Assembly: GCA_041746255.1 (NCBI GenBank)
Contig: JBGTHM010000102.1
Coordinates: forward strand, 37,793-101,792
From: Fibrobacteria bacterium
Lineage (GTDB): Bacteria; Fibrobacterota; Fibrobacteria; UBA11236
Direction of reading: 5' to 3'
Length of the DNA stretch: 64,000 nucleotides
Below, piece after piece: positions 57,063-64,000 of this stretch (the first letter of the stretch is position 1; every line of letters starts with the position of its first letter). Under the pieces are notes generated by a model that was not told the DNA's origin, did not search any database, and saw only the letters and a program-made list of their open reading frames with translations. The translations under genes were made by a program, and so were the position numbers.

Positions 57063-58181
57063 TCACGCCGCTAATATTTTGGAGATGCGCGCGCCGCCAA
57101 TTAGCCGATCGCCGTCGAAGAACACTGCGGATTGGCCGGGGCTGACGCAGAAGCCCGGTTCCAGCAAACGGACGGTGAGTCGGCCATTGCCTTCGTTTCT
57201 TACTTCGGCGGGTTTTACCGGGGAGCGATAGCGGATTTGCACCAGGCATTCCCGTGTTTCGAAAGGTTCACAAAAGAAATTGGCGGCTTCGGCGGTGAAG
57301 CCTTCGCTGTATAAATCCTCTTTTCGGCCCAATACCAGGGTATTGGTCTCCATCTCCAGGCTTTTGACGTATAGCGGTTCGCTGGATGACACGCCGATGC
57401 CCTTCCGCTGGCCGACGGTATAGTAGGTAAGCCCTTGATGGCGGCCCATTTCTTCTCCGGTAGGGCCGCGAATTACCCCCTGGGGAATGGCATGGCCATT
57501 CTCCTTGGCGCGCGCTTCGATGAAGGTTCGGTAATTGCCGTTGGGAATGAAGCAAATATCCTGGCTTTCGGATTTTTGCGCGGTGCGCAGGCCCGCCGAC
57601 GAAGCCATTTCCCGCACCTCACGCTTATTCAGGTGTCCCAGCGGGAACAACGTATTCTCCAGAGTGGAAGGAGGAATGCCCCAGAGAAAATAACTCTGGT
57701 CTTTACCGGGGTCGTCTCCCCGCAGGATATAGGAGCGGCCCGCTTCCGCGTCCGTGATGGCATAATGCCCGGTGGCCAGCTTGGAAGCTCCGATGGCGCG
57801 TGCCTTTTTCCATAAGGCGTCCCATTTCACGAAGCTATTGCAATTGACGCAGGGATTGGGCGTTTCGCCCTCCAAATAGGCTTCGTAAAAGGGCTGGATT
57901 ACCCTTTCCTCGAAATCCTCTTGCATGTCCAGGGTATAATGCGGGATTCCGATTTGATCGCATACGCGCTTGGCATCCATGGCGCTGTCGACGGTGCAGC
58001 AGGTCTTATCGCCGTCCACCTCCGACTCTTCGTCGCAGGGCGGGCTCCATAATTTCATGGTGATACCGACGGCCCGATAGCCCGCCTGCTGTATCAGCAA
58101 GGCCGCTACGGAGGAATCGACGCCGCCGCTCATGGCGACGGCCACCAATTCGGAGCCCGGTTGTATTGCTTGCTGCGTCAT
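57063..58181 (-). CDS. mnmA: tRNA-specific 2-thiouridylase
   Basis: AMSGGVDSS, PNPCVNCN, ATGHY, KDQSYFL, ESQDICF, TVGQRKG, PGQSAVF. Confidence 0.97.
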   Translation of the reverse strand: MTQQAIQPGSELVAVAMSGGVDSSVAALLIQQAGYRAVGITMKLWSPPCDEESEVDGDKTCCTVDSAMDAKRVCDQIGIPHYTLDMQEDFEERVIQPFYEAYLEGETPNPCVNCNSFVKWDALWKKARAIGASKLATGHYAITDAEAGRSYILRGDDPGKDQSYFLWGIPPSTLENTLFPLGHLNKREVREMASSAGLRTAQKSESQDICFIPNGNYRTFIEARAKENGHAIPQGVIRGPTGEEMGRHQGLTYYTVGQRKGIGVSSSEPLYVKSLEMETNTLVLGRKEDLYSEGFTAEAANFFCEPFETRECLVQIRYRSPVKPAEVRNEGNGRLTVRLLEPGFCVSPGQSAVFFDGDRLIGGARISKILAA

Positions 58182-58343
58182 TTTGACTTTTATATGAATA
58201 GGGTGAGGAAGACCTCTAAGCCGAAAACAAGTTAATCGATTCTCATTTCCACCGCAACCGGGTACGCGTCCACTCCAAGGGAGGTGTTTTACCGAATAAG
58301 CTCCAATGACACAATACCTTTACAAATTGCTAAAATCAAAGCT

Positions 58344-58769
58344 ATGGAAATCCCTTCCACACGGAATTCCAAACTGCATACCTCCAAGCCTGTTCGGCAT
58401 CTTTTGTTGGCTCTGGGCTGGATATTCGTCGGTTTGGGTGCCTTGGGCGCGCTTTTGCCTCTACTTCCCACCACGCCCTTCATTTTGCTTGCGGCCTATT
58501 GCTTCGCGCGGGGCTCCGATAAGGCGCATGCTTGGCTGCACCAGAACCGGGTTTTCGGCCCGCTGTTGCGGGATTGGGAAAACGGGGGCGCGATTTCCCT
58601 GCGGACTAAATTCATCGCTGCGGCCATGCTTTTGTCCTTGGTCGGGTATCAAGTTTTTTTCGGCGATCGGCCCATAGGGCTCCGGATTTTTCTGGGTGTA
58701 ATGGCAATTGGGGTGTTGACCTTTATTTTTTCGCGTCCATCGCGTCCGGGAAGAGGTTCTGCCTCATAA
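58344..58769 (+). CDS. YbaN/DUF454 family membrane protein
   Basis: LPLLPTTPFILLAAYCFARGS...FGPLLRDW. Confidence 0.9.
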   Translation: MEIPSTRNSKLHTSKPVRHLLLALGWIFVGLGALGALLPLLPTTPFILLAAYCFARGSDKAHAWLHQNRVFGPLLRDWENGGAISLRTKFIAAAMLLSLVGYQVFFGDRPIGLRIFLGVMAIGVLTFIFSRPSRPGRGSAS

Positions 58770-58868
58770 CCGCTTTTGCGATGCGGTTGTCGTCGCAACT
58801 CGGCCGCCTCCGCGGCCTCAGACATGCTCCGACGCCCTTCGCAAAGCGGGGGCTGCGCTTGACGCCTC
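58770..58868. repeat. Nested-palindrome element of the TGTCTGAG-hairpin-CGAGTT repeat type
   Basis: CCGCTTTTGCGA/TCGCAAAGCGG outer stem, CGTCG/CGACG middle stem, AACTC-GGCCGC-ctcc-GCGGCC-TCAGACA apex. Confidence 0.55.
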
Positions 58869-59060
58869 CAAAATCTCCCCCCGTAAGGCTTCAGCCCTAT
58901 GCTACGTCGTTAGTGAATTTCCTCAAAGCCACCCTGGCATCAATTTTTTATCCTTGGTTTATTCTTGGGGTAAAGCCAGCTGGAATTTTCCACAATTAAC
59001 TTCGACTTCCCCAATTGACAAAAAAGGACAAAGTGGAAGAACCTTTCTGCTATTTCCGGC

Positions 59061-59089
59061 TTCACATCGTACTCCCATTGTGATAGAAT
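59061..59089 (+). promoter_or_regulatory. Sigma70-like promoter for the kinase operon
   Basis: TTCACA-N17-TAGAAT with extended TG. Confidence 0.5.
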
Positions 59090-59219
59090 ACTCGCACTCA
59101 ATGCAAAACGTCACACAAATTCACGAGTTCGGAAACAGTTGCGTAAGACATGCCCGTCCGAACCGGCCTGGCTTCCGCAATACGCGCTTCAGGCACATCA
59201 CCTCCTCTAAGAGAACACC

Positions 59220-60212
59220 ATGGAATTCTCCTTAACGACAATTACCAACTGGCTTACGCCTGGTCGGGATAAAATCCCCGATCAGGGCGCCGACTACCTG
59301 GAAATCTACCGGAATGCCCTCGAGCTCGATTTCAAGGCCTACGATCCCGAATTCAAGTTGCTCAAATGGCTCGGCTCGGGAGGGTTTTGCGATGTCTTTC
59401 TCGCCCCCGATGTCGACGTCGTAGGCAAGGGTAAACATAACGTGGTGCTGCGCGTGCTGCGTCCTTCGCTTTACCGCTCTCCGCAGGTTATGGCCAATAA
59501 CCGTATCGTCAAAACTTTCATGACCGAAATTTTCTACAACACCTTTCTCACGTCGCAAAACGTACGCAATGTCGTCAAGATCTACGATTACGGCAATCTT
59601 CGCAACAAGCACTATTTCACCATGATGGAATACGTCGATGGCCCGAATTTTCAGGATCTCATCAAAAGGGCGCCGCGCGATCTCAAGGAGTTGATGCGGC
59701 GCATCGTCTTCATGAACGCCGTGGCCGGCGTGGTGGGGGAGCTGCATTTTCGCGGGGTTATTCACCGCGACTTGAAACCCAGCAATATCATCGTAAAAGG
59801 ATGGGAACCCTATCTCAGCGACCTGGGCGCGGCGCGTTGGTTGCATGTGCGCGACGACGTGGGAGACGAACACCTCACCGTGCTCGGCACGCCTTCCCAC
59901 ATGTCTTACGAGCAATTGGAGGGTCAGTATTATAAAATCGATAACCGCACGGATATTTTTTCCATTGGCGCCATGGCTACCTTCGCCTTCACGGGAGTGC
60001 ATCCCTTCGCCAAACGCGAAGAAATCAACCATATGGAAATGGGCATAGCCGAATTGGCGAAAGTCGAGCCCGATGTGCCGGAAATACCCTTCGCCAAAGG
60101 GAAGAAATTGCGTAATTTCCTATTACGCTGCATGCACCGCAACCCGGAAGTCAGGCCGCGCAGCATGGTGGAGTTCCAGCACTTTTTGAACACCTGGATT
60201 TTGGAGATATAG
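59220..60212 (+). CDS. Hanks-type Ser/Thr protein kinase, atypical and soluble
   Basis: LGSGGF, MEYVDG, IHRDLKPSNI, SDLG, GTPSHM, TDIFSIG. Confidence 0.88.
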   Translation: MEFSLTTITNWLTPGRDKIPDQGADYLEIYRNALELDFKAYDPEFKLLKWLGSGGFCDVFLAPDVDVVGKGKHNVVLRVLRPSLYRSPQVMANNRIVKTFMTEIFYNTFLTSQNVRNVVKIYDYGNLRNKHYFTMMEYVDGPNFQDLIKRAPRDLKELMRRIVFMNAVAGVVGELHFRGVIHRDLKPSNIIVKGWEPYLSDLGAARWLHVRDDVGDEHLTVLGTPSHMSYEQLEGQYYKIDNRTDIFSIGAMATFAFTGVHPFAKREEINHMEMGIAELAKVEPDVPEIPFAKGKKLRNFLLRCMHRNPEVRPRSMVEFQHFLNTWILEI

Positions 60213-60214
60213 CG

Positions 60215-60544
60215 ATGATTATCGCCGTGGATTTCGACGGAACCCTGGTCCAACATGAATATCCCCATATCGGCGCTCTTAAAGAAGGGGGGCGCGAAGC
60301 CTTGAAAGCCTTTAAAAAGGCCGGGCACCAAGTCGTCATTTGGACCTGCCGGTCGGGGCCCAGCGAAGCCGAGGTCCGCCATTTCCTCATTGAAAACGAT
60401 ATACCGTTTGATTCCATCAACACCCCCGCTCCCGGAACCGATCTGGGTACGCGAAAAATCTATGCCGACGTCTATATCGACGACAAAGGCCTCCGCTTCG
60501 AGGATAATTGGGAGGAAATGCGCCGACTCATCGTCGGTAAATAG
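60215..60544 (+). CDS. Small capless HAD-superfamily hydrolase (BT0820-like)
   Basis: IAVDFDGT, IWTCR, KIYADVYIDDK. Confidence 0.88.
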   Translation: MIIAVDFDGTLVQHEYPHIGALKEGGREALKAFKKAGHQVVIWTCRSGPSEAEVRHFLIENDIPFDSINTPAPGTDLGTRKIYADVYIDDKGLRFEDNWEEMRRLIVGK

Positions 60545-60592
60545 ATTCGGTTAGATGCCCGCTACGGGGCAATTAAGTACTTTGGACGCCTC

Positions 60593-62599
60593 ATGGTGTC
60601 GGCCTTCGCTCTTTTAGGCTTCATTGCGCTCTTTGCCGCCTCTGCCCATGCTTCCTTCGACGATATCCGACCGTGCCGCGAAACCGTGGAATCCGCCACG
60701 CAATGCCTACGCGACGAGGTCGAAGTGCATATCATGGGAACCGGCTTCCCCGGGGTTCGTGAACATGTTCTGGATCGCGGCTCGAGCCGAAAGGTGGAAT
60801 ACCTTTCCCCATTCGCTCCCTCTTTGACTCACTCGCCATACGGTATCGGAGGTGCAAGCCGCCCAGCCGCCTATCGATTGAAATCGGGAGCCTCGGGTGT
60901 TACCGCCTATGAGGAAGTGTGGACGCCCGTATCGCCCTTGGATACTCCGTTGACCCAACTGCATTGGGTACGCGGCGCCTTGGATTACAATCAGCTCCAT
61001 TTCAATCTGGAGCGCATGGTTTCTCCGCGAACCTATGCCAGTTTCGATATCTTCGCCAACTCGGCATCCTCCATCGAATACGATTATGCCGAGCAAATCC
61101 ATCAACCTTACTTGAGCGGGTGGGGTTTGAGCGGGCTGTTTCCCGCGCTGGATCGCGACAGCGCCAGTTTGGTCTTGGAAGGAGTGAGTCCCTCCATTTC
61201 TTCCTGGAATATGCGGCCGCGTTTGGGCTATTGGATCGATTCCAATCAAGTCGTGGAGGTCTTCTTCGATCGTTTCCGCAATTCCACCGACCTTACCCTA
61301 CCCGCAGGGACGGTGGGCAACGACTCCCTGCAAGCCTTGGTCCCGGGCGAATTCGGCAGTTCTACGGGCGGAGTATTCCTTTCAGGCAAGTGGCAAAGCC
61401 ATGAATATGCCGCGGGATTCACACACGGCTCCTTTACGCGTAAGGAACCGTTACCCGAGGCTTCCGGAGATGCGCTTTCGGTGCCAAGCCAAACGCTTTC
61501 CGGCCTGGTGGATGAAGTACACGGAAGCTTGAAACTACCGATACTCGTCGGTTCCCCTGAAATCGCCTTCCGGGCGCGGAACGAATTGTTGGAAGGCCGG
61601 CTGTACCCGCGTCTGCCGACGCAAAGCGGCCCGGTTTCCGAGGGATGGGTGGATGGGCAGAATCTTCTCCTTGCCTGGCATCCTCGCCTGGGACCTGTTT
61701 CCTTTGACCTGGGCGCGGAAGGTAAGCGCCAAAGTCTGCTGAATAACACGGTTCATTATTTATGGGGTCAAAACGCTGGGGCCTTCGCTCAGCTTCCCTT
61801 CGGATTCACCGTGGGTGTGGGCCAACAAACCTCCGCCGATTTGCCGGACTTAAGCTCCATGTTCCGATTTAATCCCCTGTTATTCCACTACCCCAGTCCC
61901 GATTTGCAGCCTCGAAAATGGCGCAGCCTTCGCGGCGACTTGGAATGGGAAGCCGGCCGTTTTTCCTTGGGATCCGGAATCTCACTGCACCGAATCCGGG
62001 ACAGTTGGCTTCCGCGCCTATTGCCGGACTCCAATCCATGCGGATTCGTGCGAGCGGGGGTCTACTCGGGACTGGATACGCAAACCTGCGCCGATTTCGA
62101 TGACAACGTGGCCGACTCGTTGGCTTTGGGGCTTCGCAATTATGCCCAGGAAGATAGGGACAGTTGGTATTGGAAAGCGGGAATCCAGCTCGGCAATTGG
62201 AACGCGGCGTTGCATCATACTTTGCTTTTCCACAGCGCCATCGGCGACGATAATTTATCGAGGAACCTCGAAAACCGCACCTTGCCGCGACATGTGTACC
62301 AAGGACGTTTGGGTTGGAATCGCTCACTCGTGGAGAACCGCCTGCATGTGGCCGTTCGCTGGGATTGGGAATGGCGATCGGCCCGCTACGGCTGGGCCCC
62401 CTTGGGGGATGGAAATTCGCGCAATGTGATGCTCGACGAATTTCTCGCTCTCGATTTCCAAGCGCAGATGCGCATCAAGAGTTTTACCCTATTCTATAAA
62501 ATCATTAACTTCAATCACGACCGCTTCGCAACTGAGCCGGGAGTGCACCCTCCCGGCGTCAATTTCCGTTTCGGCGTCGATTGGACTATAGCCAATTAA
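60593..62599 (+). CDS. Outer membrane beta-barrel protein (putative porin or TonB-receptor-like)
   Basis: Signal peptide, amphipathic strands, C-terminal FRFGVDW. Confidence 0.65.
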   Translation: MVSAFALLGFIALFAASAHASFDDIRPCRETVESATQCLRDEVEVHIMGTGFPGVREHVLDRGSSRKVEYLSPFAPSLTHSPYGIGGASRPAAYRLKSGASGVTAYEEVWTPVSPLDTPLTQLHWVRGALDYNQLHFNLERMVSPRTYASFDIFANSASSIEYDYAEQIHQPYLSGWGLSGLFPALDRDSASLVLEGVSPSISSWNMRPRLGYWIDSNQVVEVFFDRFRNSTDLTLPAGTVGNDSLQALVPGEFGSSTGGVFLSGKWQSHEYAAGFTHGSFTRKEPLPEASGDALSVPSQTLSGLVDEVHGSLKLPILVGSPEIAFRARNELLEGRLYPRLPTQSGPVSEGWVDGQNLLLAWHPRLGPVSFDLGAEGKRQSLLNNTVHYLWGQNAGAFAQLPFGFTVGVGQQTSADLPDLSSMFRFNPLLFHYPSPDLQPRKWRSLRGDLEWEAGRFSLGSGISLHRIRDSWLPRLLPDSNPCGFVRAGVYSGLDTQTCADFDDNVADSLALGLRNYAQEDRDSWYWKAGIQLGNWNAALHHTLLFHSAIGDDNLSRNLENRTLPRHVYQGRLGWNRSLVENRLHVAVRWDWEWRSARYGWAPLGDGNSRNVMLDEFLALDFQAQMRIKSFTLFYKIINFNHDRFATEPGVHPPGVNFRFGVDWTIAN

Positions 62600-62604
62600 T
62601 CAGG

Positions 62605-63528
62605 CTATTCGGCAACCGTCGTTTTAAGCTCGGTTCCACCTGGCGTCCGGATAAGGTAAAGGGAACTTGCTCGAGAACCCGTGCCTTTCATCTCGTTTCT
62701 GGGAATCAAAGCTCCGTTTACAGTGTAGGCTTGCGAGGGGCCTGAACGCAAAATAGGATGGATCGATTTGTTTGGAAGCAAACGGGTTGTCGCTTCCGTT
62801 TTGCTCTCGGCAGGTCCGACACCCGCAGGCCGGGCGAATTTCGCCTCGGTGGTCATCAACCAACGGTCCATTTCGAATCCGTCTTCCCGCAAGGTAAACG
62901 TAATGGTATGGATGCCGGCCGAAGGAACGTCCAACCAGATTTTTCCGTCTTCACCACAATGGTTGGCGTCGGTTCGCTGGGCGCTATTCCAATACCAGGA
63001 GTCTTTACCCGTACACCATTGCAGTCTCTCACCGGATTTTGGGAAGGTACCATTGATTCCCACATGCACTCCATTATCTTCGGGGCCGGTTGAATAGGCC
63101 CTTGCCCAGACATAATAACGTCCGGCTTTTGTGAAATTGACTTTGTAATGGAGGTTGGCCATCAGGCCGGGAAAATCCGAAAAGTTGGCGTCGCTGGGGA
63201 TGTTGCCAGGCATGGCCTTGATGAGCTTGTCGGAATGAGTGACCCGGGTATCGGGGAGAATTTTCATATAGGCTTTTCCGGAAGCAGTGGCAGAGTGGTT
63301 GGTGGATGGGTTGGGTTTGGGGTTATTGGGATTGGACTCGTCGACCAGATACCATGCCCGAACTTGAGTTTCCGTCTGGGAGTGGTAGTGCTCGGCTTCG
63401 ACCACCACCAACCCATTGGATTCAAGAAATATCTTCTCCGGATAGCCGGAAGGTTTTTGTGCATTCACCATGCCGATAGCTGAAAGAACGAGGGATGACA
63501 TTGTTGCCATACAGGATACTTTAAACAC
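62605..63528 (-). CDS. Secreted CBM-like beta-sandwich protein with T9SS-like tail
   Basis: Signal peptide, ESNGLVVVEAEH, GRYYVWAR, REDGFEMDRW, then a short tail. Confidence 0.75.
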   Translation of the reverse strand: MFKVSCMATMSSLVLSAIGMVNAQKPSGYPEKIFLESNGLVVVEAEHYHSQTETQVRAWYLVDESNPNNPKPNPSTNHSATASGKAYMKILPDTRVTHSDKLIKAMPGNIPSDANFSDFPGLMANLHYKVNFTKAGRYYVWARAYSTGPEDNGVHVGINGTFPKSGERLQWCTGKDSWYWNSAQRTDANHCGEDGKIWLDVPSAGIHTITFTLREDGFEMDRWLMTTEAKFARPAGVGPAESKTEATTRLLPNKSIHPILRSGPSQAYTVNGALIPRNEMKGTGSRASSLYLIRTPGGTELKTTVAE

Positions 63529-63680
63529 GTTTACTCCTTGGATAGGCGCTTACCTGCTAAGCTGCCGATTATCATGGAGATGGGTTGCCATCGCAAACCC
63601 ACCTCCCAGTCTAGAGAGTATTATAGGGGGCACAGGTTGATTCGGCAGGGGATCCCGGCGAGTTCTAGGCAATTAATGGG

Positions 63681-63736
63681 GCCTAGAGGGTACAATTCCG
63701 GCCTAGGATTAGGGAACGGAATTGTACCCGCTAGGC
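63681..63736. terminator. Long hairpin between the tandem paralogs
   Basis: GCCTAG-a-GGGTACAATTCCG...CGGAATTGTACCC-g-CTAGGC. Confidence 0.55.
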
Positions 63737-63755
63737 GTCGAATTCGGTTATCCGG

Positions 63756-64000
63756 TTATTCGGCTAAACGGGTTCTAAGCTGTGTGCCTTCGGGGGAGCG
63801 GAGCAGGTAAAGCGAGCTGCCGCGGGAATCCGAGGCTTCCAATTCGGACTGTGGAATCAGGGCTCCGGTCAAAGTATAGGCTTGTACGGTCCCCGAACGC
63901 ATAAGGGGTCCGATTGCCTTGTTCGGCATCAAACCGACGGTGACGGTTTCCGTCTTGCTCTCGTCGGGTCCGGCGCCCGAAGGGTTGGCATTCGCTTTGG
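63756..64000 (-). CDS. 3' end of a tandem paralog of 62605-63528 (runs off the window)
   Basis: Translates ...PSGAGPDESKTETVTVGLMPNKAIGPLMRSGTVQAYTLTGALIP...SSLYLLRSPEGTQLRTRLAE*, colinear with the neighbour's C-terminus. Absent from the ORF track. Confidence 0.85.
   Translation of the reverse strand, partial: KANANPSGAGPDESKTETVTVGLMPNKAIGPLMRSGTVQAYTLTGALIPQSELEASDSRGSSLYLLRSPEGTQLRTRLAE

Overview
Bacterial chromosomal window of moderately high GC. The secreted proteins with short T9SS-like C-terminal tails and the general gene content suggest a Fibrobacterota/FCB-group organism, but this is inference. Gene order: 3' part of apt; an operon of ECF sigma, membrane anti-sigma and a secreted caspase-like protease carrying a 16-aa repeat solenoid and a probable outer-membrane barrel; a lamin-tail protein with a beta-barrel partner; HD-GYP; xerC; a PAS/SpoIIE phosphatase; two tandem sulfatases; a MacAB-TolC operon divergent from an OmpR/histidine kinase/RND/TolC operon; priA, hisC, DUF2156 and ppnP; FapA and HD-GYP; LacI; ahcY and metK; a DUF1080 protein; a heavily deleted IS256 remnant; a ~17 kb hexuronate catabolic cluster (NRAMP-fold transporter, three dehydrogenases, uxaC, Gfo/Idh/MocA pair, kdgK, eda, SDR, GH88, XRE-cupin, OYE) with no kduI, uxuA or uxaA; mnmA; ybaN; an atypical Ser/Thr kinase with a HAD protein; an OM barrel; and a second tandem pair of secreted proteins. 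The best candidate for an undescribed system is the sigma/anti-sigma/caspase operon, where the protease activation loop (TRMKG) and the anti-sigma periplasmic linker (TRIKG) share a motif. Also notable are apparently frequent leaderless genes and an incomplete, probably non-canonical uronate pathway. No rRNA, tRNA or CRISPR array was recognised. All calls come from motif recognition by eye; no searches were run.
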